A stretch of DNA of 32,000 nt, taken from Cupriavidus necator (GTDB lineage Bacteria > Pseudomonadota > Gammaproteobacteria > Burkholderiales > Burkholderiaceae). The stretch lies in assembly GCF_016127575.1 (NCBI RefSeq), contig NZ_CP066019.1, positions 510,001 through 542,000 on the forward strand, read 5' to 3'. Below the pieces are notes generated by a model. The model was not told where the DNA came from. It saw nothing but the letters and a program-made list of their open reading frames with translations, and did no database searches. Positions 1 to 7,697 of this stretch are shown piece by piece. Position numbers and translations under genes: made by a program. Position 1 is the first letter of the stretch. The number at the start of each line of letters is the position of its first letter.

Positions 1-178
1 GTGCTTCCTCCTGCCGCTGCTTCACCTCGGCTTCCAGCCTGGCCGACAGTTCCATCTGCACGCCGATGACCCCCAGCAGGACGAGCACGAACGCGCCCAG
101 CAGCACCGACATCAGGTCGCCGAAGACGGCCCAGGCCGGTACGGTCGGCTCGACGCCGGCGTCAAGGTCCTCTCTCAT
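1..178 (-). CDS. MotB/OmpA-family stator-like protein, N-terminal 59 codons only (gene continues past the left edge)
   Basis: My own translation of the reverse complement gives MREDLDAGVEPTVPAWAVFGDLMSVLLGAFVLVLLGVIGVQMELSARLEAEVKQRQEEA. It has a single TM helix preceded by the FGDLMS motif, which resembles the MotB/ExbD-type segment carrying the conserved Asp (Asp codon at 116-118). The ATG at 176-178 overlaps the upstream stop (ATGA), indicating translational coupling. Confidence 0.6.
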   Translation of the reverse strand, partial: MREDLDAGVEPTVPAWAVFGDLMSVLLGAFVLVLLGVIGVQMELSARLEAEVKQRQEEA

Positions 179-3100
179 GCCGCCTCTGCGCTGGGCGCTT
201 GCTGGCCGGCGCGCTGCTGCAGGTCCTCAAGGATCTGCTTTTGCGACAGCATGCTCAGGTCGACGACTTCGCGCGCCTGCGCCACGTAGTAGGCCAGTTG
301 CTCGTCGCTGCGCGTCATCGACTTGTCCAGCGCGGCCTCGATGCGCTGCAGGTGGTCGATCAGCTTGCCGTTGGATTCGCTGAACAGCTGCACCGCCACG
401 CCGAAGGCCTCGCCCAGGCTCGCGACTTCCACCGCACTGCCGGTGACCTGCGCGGCGATGTCGGTGAGCTTGCCGGTTTCGGCTTCGACCTTGTCGGTAA
501 AGCGCGTGCCGACGCGGTCCAGCAGGTCCGCCGTGGTGGCGACCAGGGTGTCGACCGCGCTGCGCTGCTCAGTGGAGGCGCGGCTCACGGCATCGAGCAG
601 CGTGCCCAGCGTTTCCAGCATGCGGCTGCGCTCTTCCAGCATGGCGTTGTCGCGCGCCATGCCGTCGGTGAGCTTCTCGCGCAGTTCTGCGATGACCTCC
701 GCGGCGGCCTTGGGCGCTTCGGATGCGGCCTGCATCAGGTGGGCGACTTCGGCGATGGTGCCGGTGGCCTGGGCCTGCGCCTGGGCTGCCATGTCGCGCG
801 CGGTGACGGCCAGCGTCTCGCAGATTTCCTGCTGGCGGCTGACGGTGTGCGCGCTGGCCTGTTCCCATTCCTGGCGCAGCGATGCGGCCATGGTGCCAAG
901 CGTGTCAGTCCAGGCGGCCATGCGTTGCGCGTCCTGCGATGCCAGTTCCGCCTGCAATGTGGTGGCGGCCTTGGGTGCCTCGGCCGCGGCTTGCACCAGG
1001 CGGTCGATTTCGGCGAGTGTGGTGCTGGCATGCGCCTGCGTCTCGGTCGAGATCGCGCGCGCGGTCTGCGCCAGCGCCTCGCAGATCTCCTGCTGGCGCG
1101 TGGCGGCGTGCGTGCTGGCCTGTTCCCACTGCTGGCGCAGCGTGGCGGCGATGGTGCCGAGCGTATCGGTCCAGCCGGCAAAGCGCTGCTCATCGCGCGC
1201 AGCCAGCTCGGCCTGCAGCGCAACGGCCGCCTTTGGGGCATCCGTTGCGGCCTGCACCAGACGGTCGATCTCAGCGAGGGTGCGGCTGGCATGCGCCTGG
1301 GTCTGGGCCGAGATGTCGCGCACGCTCTGCGCCAGCGTCGTGCTGATCTCGTCCTGGCGGCTTACCGTGTGCGCGTTCAGCTGTTCCCATTCCTGGCGCA
1401 ACGCGGCTGTCATGGTGCCGAGCGTATCGGTCCAGGCGGCGAAGCGCTGTGCATCGCGCGCAGCCAGTTCCGCCTGCAGCGCGACGGCCGCCTTCGGCGC
1501 GTCCGACGCGGCTTGCACCAGGCGGTCGATTTCCGCGAGGGTCTGGCTGGCATGCGCCTGGGTCTGGGCCGAGATGTCGCGCACGCTCTGCGCCAGCGTT
1601 GTACTGATCTCGTCCTGGCGGCTTACCGTGTGGGTGTTCAGTTGCTCCCACTCCTGGCGCAGCGCTGCGGTCATGCTGTCGAGCGTATCGGCCCAGGTGG
1701 CAAAGCGCTGTTCGTCGCGCGAGGCCAGTTCCGCCTGCAGCGCAACGGCCGCCTTCGGGGCGTCCGAAGCGGCTTGCACAAGGCGGTCGATTTCCGCGAG
1801 GGTCTGGCTGGCATGCGCCTGGGTCTGGGCCGAGATGTCGCGCACGCTTTGCGCCAGCGTCGTGCTGATCTCGTCCTGGCGGCTTACCGTATGCGCGTTC
1901 AGCTGTTCCCACTCCTGGCGCAGGGCAGTCGTCATGGTGCCGAGCGTATCGGTCCAGGCCGACAGGCGCTGCGCGTCGTGCGCGGCCAGCTGCGTCTGCA
2001 GCCCGGCATGCGACTCGCCCACGGTGCGCACCAGTGTCGCCGCATGCTCGCCGAACGCGGCTGCGGCGGCCGTCAGGGCCTGCCGGTTGTCGCCGGCGAG
2101 CTTCTCGCCGGTGCGCTCCTGGCGCGCCAGCGCCTCGCGCCATGCGTCGGCAGCGCTGGCGGCTGCCGTGTCGAGCCGGGTGGCGACATTGTCCAGCAGC
2201 CCGGCCGAGCGTTGTTCAAAGGTCTGGGCAAAGCCGTCGAGGGATGTGCGCAGGTCCGCTGCCAGTGCCTCGCTCGCGCGTTGATGCCCGGCCAGCGCCT
2301 GGTTCCAGGTATCCGCAACGCCCGCGGTGGCGCTCTCGAAGCGGCTCGATACCCCATCCAGGTGCTGTTGCACGGCTTGGGTCACGTTGTCGCGCAAGGC
2401 CGAGGTTTCGCGTGCCAGGCCCGCCATGGTCGCGTCCACCGCGGGCTGGATCGCTGCGCTTGCGGCACGGGCGCTGTCGGCGATGCTGTCCTTCAGCGAT
2501 TGCTCGACCGAAGACGCCAGGCGCGTGTAGACCACTTCGGTCTTGCCGTGGAAGGCGTCCTGGCTGGCGGCCAGGCGCTCGGTCAGGGCCTGGTTCTGTT
2601 CGGCCATCGTGGTCATCATGGCCTGCATGCGCTCGACCAGTGCCGGCATCACGTCGGCCTGGCGCTGCAGCAGCCGGACCGCTTCATCACGCTGGTGGCC
2701 GCGCGAGTAGGGACGCAGCGTGGTGGCGATGCGGGCATCCAGCGCCTGCGCGGCCTGGATCCGCTCGCGCCGGCACAATGCCGACAACAGGCCCAGCATC
2801 GCGGACGTGGCCACGCCCGCGACCGAGGTGCCGAACGCAAAGCCCAGGCCCTTGACCGGTGCGGCCAGCGAGGCGCGGATGGCCTGCAGGTCGGTGGCGG
2901 TCTCCAGCGCGATGCCGGTGCCGCGCAGGGTCGCCACCATGCCCAGGAACGTGCCCAGCATGCCCAGCAGCACCAGCAGGCCGACCAGGTAGGGTGTCAG
3001 CGCGGGGCCGGGCAGGCCGACGCGCTCGCCTTCCACGCGCAGGCGGGCGCTGTCGCGCAGGCTGGGATGCAGCCGTTCCAGCCAGTTGCCAAGGCTGGCC

Positions 3101-3312
3101 GGCGCTTCGGACAATCCGGCGACGGCCTGCGCCAGCGTGGCGGTGGCCTGGCGGTAGCGGTACAGCTCCAACGCCCCCGCCAGGTAGCAGCCGCCGATCA
3201 GCAGCGTCACGGCCAGCGCCAGGAAGTTCGTGCCTGCATAGCCGGCGGCGATCCAGCACACGATGGCCAGGCCCGCCAGGAAAGCGACAATATGGGTAAG
3301 GTATCGGGTCAT
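175..3312 (-). CDS. Large membrane protein: MotA/ExbB/TolQ-like 4-TM N-terminal domain plus a ~800-aa helical tail with five tandem 87-aa repeats (DUF802-like)
   Basis: The ORF track gives 175..3432. I place the start at the internal ATG at 3310-3312 (MTRYLTHIVAFLAG...), 10 nt after the upstream gene's stop. There are two N-terminal TM helices, then a second pair containing LVLLGMLGTFLGMVATL ... GLGFAFGTSVAGVATSAMLGLL, which resembles the MotA/ExbB/TolQ channel signature. The remainder is low-complexity A/Q/E/L/T-rich sequence with the repeat unit LAEIDRLVQAASDAPKAAVALQAELAARDAQRFAAWTDTLGTMTAALRQEWEQLNAHTVSRQDEISTTLAQSVRDISAQTQAHASxT. Confidence 0.8.
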   Translation of the reverse strand: MTRYLTHIVAFLAGLAIVCWIAAGYAGTNFLALAVTLLIGGCYLAGALELYRYRQATATLAQAVAGLSEAPASLGNWLERLHPSLRDSARLRVEGERVGLPGPALTPYLVGLLVLLGMLGTFLGMVATLRGTGIALETATDLQAIRASLAAPVKGLGFAFGTSVAGVATSAMLGLLSALCRRERIQAAQALDARIATTLRPYSRGHQRDEAVRLLQRQADVMPALVERMQAMMTTMAEQNQALTERLAASQDAFHGKTEVVYTRLASSVEQSLKDSIADSARAASAAIQPAVDATMAGLARETSALRDNVTQAVQQHLDGVSSRFESATAGVADTWNQALAGHQRASEALAADLRTSLDGFAQTFEQRSAGLLDNVATRLDTAAASAADAWREALARQERTGEKLAGDNRQALTAAAAAFGEHAATLVRTVGESHAGLQTQLAAHDAQRLSAWTDTLGTMTTALRQEWEQLNAHTVSRQDEISTTLAQSVRDISAQTQAHASQTLAEIDRLVQAASDAPKAAVALQAELASRDEQRFATWADTLDSMTAALRQEWEQLNTHTVSRQDEISTTLAQSVRDISAQTQAHASQTLAEIDRLVQAASDAPKAAVALQAELAARDAQRFAAWTDTLGTMTAALRQEWEQLNAHTVSRQDEISTTLAQSVRDISAQTQAHASRTLAEIDRLVQAATDAPKAAVALQAELAARDEQRFAGWTDTLGTIAATLRQQWEQASTHAATRQQEICEALAQTARAISTETQAHASTTLAEIDRLVQAAAEAPKAATTLQAELASQDAQRMAAWTDTLGTMAASLRQEWEQASAHTVSRQQEICETLAVTARDMAAQAQAQATGTIAEVAHLMQAASEAPKAAAEVIAELREKLTDGMARDNAMLEERSRMLETLGTLLDAVSRASTEQRSAVDTLVATTADLLDRVGTRFTDKVEAETGKLTDIAAQVTGSAVEVASLGEAFGVAVQLFSESNGKLIDHLQRIEAALDKSMTRSDEQLAYYVAQAREVVDLSMLSQKQILEDLQQRAGQQAPSAEAA
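680..2005 (-). repeat. Five in-frame tandem repeats of 261 bp (87 aa) inside the 175..3312 CDS
   Basis: The anchor motif ctgttccca(t/c)t(c/g)ctggcgca (encoding QEWEQ on the minus strand) recurs at 859, 1120, 1381, 1642 and 1903, an exact 261-bp period. The units anchored at 1381, 1642 and 1903 differ by only about 2-4 mismatches per 90 nt compared by eye. The units at 859 and 1120 are more diverged. Confidence 0.9.
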
Positions 3313-3322
3313 GATGTTCTGG

Positions 3323-4063
3323 TTAGCTGTCCTGCAGCGCCGCCAGCAAGCCTTCAAGGGGCTGCCAGCGGATGTCGAGTTCGGCGAGCAATACGCTCTG
3401 CATATCCTTGCGGAATACCCCCAGCCATGCACCGGGCCTGGCCGTTGCGGGCTGTCCCGCGGCCTGGGCTTCGGCCAGCGCCGCGGCTTCGGCCTGGCGC
3501 AGGCGCTGGAAGTGCGGCTCCAGCATCGTCGGCACGGCGCCCAGCAGGCTCTGTTCGCGCGCGCCCAGCACGCGCTCCATCACGGCATCGACCATGGCCA
3601 GCTTGGCCATGCCGGGTGCGTGGCCGGACAACGCGCCGCGCAGGCGCCCGCGCAGGTCGCCGATCGCGGTCTCCATGGTCTGTTGCAGCGTGAGGTAGCG
3701 CTGGCGATAGACCGCGTAGTCGACCTGCGCGTCCACGGGGTCGGGCAGCGCGGACGGCCGGCCCGGCCCGCGCCGCTTGCCGGCAAGCGTGGTGTCTTCC
3801 ACGATGGCACCGGCCAGCGCGGCGCGCACGCGCGCGCATTCGCGTGCCTCAGTGCTGTCGGCAGCACGTGCGGCAGGCGGCGTTGCCGGCGCATTGGCCT
3901 TCAGCGCCGATGACAGCGCGATCGCGTCCGCCCAGCCAAGCCATTGGCTCAGCTGGCTCGAGAGCGAGCTTGCAGGAGGAGGGGCATCGGCGTCAGTCAG
4001 GCGAGCCAGCAGGCGGACGAGCGTCGGGCCGCTGAAACCTGTGCGCCGGGGCACTTGTAACAT
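3323..4063 (-). CDS. Hypothetical protein (DUF3348-like as I recall the family), first gene of the MotA-like/MotB-like operon
   Basis: 246-aa ORF with an ATG at 4061-4063 and a stop 10 nt before the next gene's start. It is Ala/Leu-rich and soluble with no catalytic motif I recognise. The family assignment is from memory of Burkholderiales annotations next to DUF802/OmpA genes and is not verified. Confidence 0.6.
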   Translation of the reverse strand: MLQVPRRTGFSGPTLVRLLARLTDADAPPPASSLSSQLSQWLGWADAIALSSALKANAPATPPAARAADSTEARECARVRAALAGAIVEDTTLAGKRRGPGRPSALPDPVDAQVDYAVYRQRYLTLQQTMETAIGDLRGRLRGALSGHAPGMAKLAMVDAVMERVLGAREQSLLGAVPTMLEPHFQRLRQAEAAALAEAQAAGQPATARPGAWLGVFRKDMQSVLLAELDIRWQPLEGLLAALQDS

Positions 4064-4179
4064 TGCGCCGGATTCGAAAAATCCAGCAGTTTACACGCCC
4101 GGGCGGTGGCGTGGCCGGCTGGCGTGGTGGATGATTGGCGGGAATCCGTCCCGGACCCATCCCACCACGGAGTGAAACC

Positions 4180-4788
4180 ATGAGACTGGTTGGCATGCTT
4201 GATTCCCCTTATGTCCGCCGCACGGCGATCTCGCTGCGCCTGCTCGGGTTGCCGTTCACGCATGAGTCGGTGTCCGTCTTCCGTGAATTCGAGCGCTTCC
4301 ATGCCATCAACCCGGTGGTCAAGGCGCCTTCGCTGGTCTGCGACAACGGGGTCGTACTGATGGACTCGACGCTTATCATCGACTATGCCGAGTCACTGGC
4401 GGGCCGCAGCCTGATGCCGGCGCAAACCGCGTCACGGCAGGCCGCGCTGCGCATCGTCGGGCTGGCGCTGGCGGCGAGCGAGAAGGTGGTGCAGAACTTC
4501 TATGAGCACAGCCAGCGGCCGGCGGGCAAGCTGCACCAGCCGTGGCTGGACCGTGTCGATGCCCAGCGCGAGAGCGCCTTTGCACTGCTGGAGGCGGAAC
4601 TCGCCACGCGTCCGGTCCCGGCTGGCGAGGCGGAAACCGGCCAGGCCGAGCTGACCGCCGCGGTCACCTGGACCTTTTCGCAGTTCATGATGCCGGGCGC
4701 GGTCGATCCGGCGCGGCATCCGGCGCTGGTTGCGCTGACCGCGGCGCTTGAGCGGCTACCCGCATTCGAGGCATTGCCCTGCGCATAG
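4180..4788 (+). CDS. Glutathione S-transferase family protein
   Basis: MRLVGMLDSPYVRRTAISLRLLGLPF... shows the typical GST N-terminal thioredoxin-like fold motif (SPYVRR). There is a GGAG sequence 8 nt upstream of the ATG at 4180. The track ORF begins earlier at 4135. Confidence 0.8.
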   Translation: MRLVGMLDSPYVRRTAISLRLLGLPFTHESVSVFREFERFHAINPVVKAPSLVCDNGVVLMDSTLIIDYAESLAGRSLMPAQTASRQAALRIVGLALAASEKVVQNFYEHSQRPAGKLHQPWLDRVDAQRESAFALLEAELATRPVPAGEAETGQAELTAAVTWTFSQFMMPGAVDPARHPALVALTAALERLPAFEALPCA

Positions 4789-4919
4789 TTGGCCGCTGGC
4801 GCGCCTACCGCGGTAGGGTGCCAATCGCAGGCATTCCGATGCAACATCAGCCCCCTGTGGAACGCGCTGCACCGGCTTCCTCTGCGATACGCGCAGCCTA
4901 TTCGGCCTGTAAGCGCCAG

Positions 4920-4941
4920 GCGCCGGGGCTTGCCCCGGCGC
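4920..4941. terminator. GC-rich perfect hairpin (possible terminator downstream of the GST gene)
   Basis: gcgccgggg-cttg-ccccggcgc forms a 9-bp perfect stem. There is no T-tract and it lies 130 nt after the GST stop, so terminator function is uncertain. Confidence 0.3.
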
Positions 4942-5036
4942 CGGCGTGCCCATGTGCAGTCAAGGTAATACAATCCACCTGACCAGGCGACGAGACCAAT
5001 CGACAAGACCATACGCGCGAACCGGGGTGGGAACTC

Positions 5037-5726
5037 ATGACAAGAAGTCAAGGCGCCGCAGAGAACAACAACGACGCCAGCATCGACGCCAGCGCGTGCC
5101 GCAACTATGCCATCGTGGTGGATGACCACCCGTTGATGGCGCGCGGCATTGCCGGCTACCTTGCGGCGCATTGCGGGTTTGACGCTGCCCTGCATGCAGC
5201 CGATGCGCGGGAATGCGCGGCGCTGACGGAACGGGAGGGCTGCCCGGCGCTGCTGGTGGTGGATTTCTGGCTGCCGGACGGCACCGCGGTCGGGTTGCTG
5301 CGCGAAGCCGCGGCGCGCCTGCCCGCCTGCAAGCTGCTGGTGATGAGCGCCGACGACGATGCGCGCGTTTGCATCAAGGCACGCGAGGCCGGCGCGCACG
5401 GCTTTATCCTGAAGAACGAGCCTCCGGAGGTGTTCGCCACTGCGGTGGCGTCGCTGCGCCAGGGCCGGCGCTGGTTCCAGCAGGCGGGGCCGCCGTCGGC
5501 GCGGCGCGAGTTGCCGCTGGAGCCCAGCGAACTGGGCCTGACGGCGCGCCAGGCCGAGGTGCTTGGCATGATGCTGCGCGGCCTGCCGAACAAGCGCATC
5601 GCCATGACCCTGTCGGTGTCGGAGCAGACCGTCAAGGAGCATGTCACCGCGATCCTCGGCAAGCTCGGCGTGCGCAACCGGATCGAGGCTATCGCCCTGC
5701 TGCACGGACGCAGGCTGGAGTCATGA
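5037..5726 (+). CDS. NarL/FixJ (LuxR-type) two-component response regulator
   Basis: The receiver domain has AIVVDDHP, the phospho-acceptor context LLVVDFWLPDG, and FILKN. The C-terminal LuxR HTH is LTARQAEVLGMMLRGLPNKRIAMTLSVSEQTVKEHVTAILGKLGV. Confidence 0.9.
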   Translation: MTRSQGAAENNNDASIDASACRNYAIVVDDHPLMARGIAGYLAAHCGFDAALHAADARECAALTEREGCPALLVVDFWLPDGTAVGLLREAAARLPACKLLVMSADDDARVCIKAREAGAHGFILKNEPPEVFATAVASLRQGRRWFQQAGPPSARRELPLEPSELGLTARQAEVLGMMLRGLPNKRIAMTLSVSEQTVKEHVTAILGKLGVRNRIEAIALLHGRRLES

Positions 5727-7519
5727 AGAAGGCCCTCGCCCGGCTGCTGGGCTTGTCGCGCCCGGATGCGGATGCCGGCATCAGCCCGCGCGCGCGTGCG
5801 CGGTTGCTGGACATGACGTTCGGGCGCCTGGTGTTCAGCGTCAATGCGATTCCGTTCGTGGGGATGCCTTTCGTCATCTGGCTGTATGTCCAGAAGCTGG
5901 ACGGCGGCGCGCTGCTGGCCTGGACACTGGGGTATGGCGCCGCGGCGGTGTGGATGCAATTGCGCTTCCGGCGCTACAAGCAAGAGCGGGAAGACGATGA
6001 CGCCCTGGTCCGGCGCTGGCTGCCGTTTGTGCAGCGCGTGGCGCTGGTGCACGGCTTCTGCCTGTCGCTGGCCGCGGTCCTGACGGCCAGCCTGGGGGGC
6101 TTTGACTTCAAGCTGCTGCTGTATATCAGCATCGCCGCCATCGTGGCGGCCAATGCCACGCACCAGACGCCGATCCTCGGTGTATTCCAGCGCTTCTTCG
6201 TTGCCTGCTGGACTTTGCAGATCGTCAACACCCCGCGCAGCTTCCCTGAGCACTGGCCGTTCGTGCTGCCGCTGGCGCTGCTGTATGCGCTGGCCATCTA
6301 CCGGCACGCGCTGATCGCCAACCAGTTCTTCCGGCAGCAGGTACGGATGGAGGATGACGGCATCCGCCTGGCCGAGCGCTACCGGCTGGCCAAGGAAGAG
6401 GCCGAGAAAGCCCTGCAGGCCAAGAACCTGTTTCTCACCACCGCCAGCCACGACCTGCGCCAGCCCGTGCATGCCATGGGCTTCCTGATCGAAGCCATTG
6501 CGCGGCGCAACCGCGACCCGGCCCTGATCCCGCCGCTGGACGACCTGCGGCGCAGCGTGCGCTCGGTGCACCTGATGTTCAACTCACTGCTCGATCTGTC
6601 CCGGATCGAAGGCGGCATTGCCAGCCCGCGCAATACCGCCGTGGCATTTGCGCCCTTGGTCGAAGAGGTGGCGTCGCTGTTCCGGGAAGAGGCGCGCAGC
6701 CGCGGCCTGGACCTGCGCGTGCGCCTGCCCGCAGGCGCCGCCGCGGTGCTGGCCAATCCCGCACTGCTGCGCCAGTCTCTGGTCAACCTGGTGCACAACG
6801 CGCTGCGCTATACCAAGCGCGGCGGGGTGCTGGTGTCCGCGCGGCGGCGCGGCAGCCACTGGCTGCTGGAGGTCTGGGACACCGGCGTGGGAATCGCGAT
6901 CGAAGAGAAGGGGCGGGTCTACTCGCCGTTCTATCGCAACGAACATGCGTGGCGCATCGACAGCGCGGGCCATGGGCTGGGCCTTGCCGTGGTGGCGCGC
7001 TGCGCCACCCTGATGGGCGCCACCTACGGCCTGGACTCGGTGGAGCGCCGCGGCTCCAGGTTCTGGCTGCGCTTTCCCGAAGCGAAGCCGCTGGCGCCGG
7101 CGGCGATCGAGCCGGTCTACGAACCCGAAGGCCTGTCGGCGTCCACCCTGCTGCAGGGCGTCTGCCTGGTCGTCGAGGACGACCCGCTGGTGACCGCCGC
7201 GTGGACCAGCCTGATGGAGGCCTGGGGCGTGCAGGCGGCGTGCGCGGCGTCGGGGCAGGAAGCCCTGGCACTGGTCGATGCCGGCCTGCAGCCCCAGGCG
7301 ATCCTGTGCGACCAGCGCCTGCGCTCCGGCGAGAGCGGCTTCGAGGTGCTCAAGGCGCTGTTCGAACGCTGCCCGGACGCAAGCGGCGCCATGGTCAGCG
7401 GCGAGTTCGATTCCGAGGCGCTCCAGCAGGCCGAGCGTGAAGGCTATCTGGTCCTGCACAAGCCACTGGAGCCGTCGCAGCTGCATGCCTTGTTGTTCCA
7501 ATGGCTTTGTGCTGCCTGA
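5723..7519 (+). CDS. Hybrid sensor histidine kinase with a multi-TM membrane-embedded sensor and a C-terminal receiver domain
   Basis: The ATG at 5723 overlaps the regulator's stop (ATGA). About 6 hydrophobic segments come first. Kinase motifs follow: H-box TASHDLRQPVHAM, N-box LVHNALRYT, G1 VWDTGVGI and G2 GHGLGLAVV. The receiver has VCLVVEDDP...ILCDQRL...LHKP. Confidence 0.9.
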   Translation: MKKALARLLGLSRPDADAGISPRARARLLDMTFGRLVFSVNAIPFVGMPFVIWLYVQKLDGGALLAWTLGYGAAAVWMQLRFRRYKQEREDDDALVRRWLPFVQRVALVHGFCLSLAAVLTASLGGFDFKLLLYISIAAIVAANATHQTPILGVFQRFFVACWTLQIVNTPRSFPEHWPFVLPLALLYALAIYRHALIANQFFRQQVRMEDDGIRLAERYRLAKEEAEKALQAKNLFLTTASHDLRQPVHAMGFLIEAIARRNRDPALIPPLDDLRRSVRSVHLMFNSLLDLSRIEGGIASPRNTAVAFAPLVEEVASLFREEARSRGLDLRVRLPAGAAAVLANPALLRQSLVNLVHNALRYTKRGGVLVSARRRGSHWLLEVWDTGVGIAIEEKGRVYSPFYRNEHAWRIDSAGHGLGLAVVARCATLMGATYGLDSVERRGSRFWLRFPEAKPLAPAAIEPVYEPEGLSASTLLQGVCLVVEDDPLVTAAWTSLMEAWGVQAACAASGQEALALVDAGLQPQAILCDQRLRSGESGFEVLKALFERCPDASGAMVSGEFDSEALQQAEREGYLVLHKPLEPSQLHALLFQWLCAA

Positions 7520-7697
7520 CAGCATAGATCGGTGGTTCTGCTTGCGGCGGTGGCCCCACTCAGGCATCTCCGGGGCGAAAGAAGTGTCCGGATCGACTTT
7601 ATTCAGATCACCTGAAGAATTTATTTAGTTCACTTTTTTCCACCTCTCAGCGACAGTCTAGCGACCGCAAATCGCGATACTGGAAAGAGAGGGCCCC

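Noticed and set aside
680-2005. Regularly spaced repeats that could superficially suggest a CRISPR-like or satellite array
   Set aside because: The units are contiguous with no unique spacers. They are 261 bp long, an exact multiple of three, and lie inside a continuous ORF that encodes a repeated protein module.
199-3693. Longest ORF in the window (1164 aa, plus strand), together with the overlapping 323..2284 (653 aa) ORF
   Set aside because: It lies antisense to two separate well-supported minus-strand genes and crosses their intergenic gap. The composition is extreme Arg/Gly/Ala/Leu with no recognisable domain. Its internal repeats merely mirror the 261-bp repeats of the real gene. This is a typical high-GC shadow ORF.
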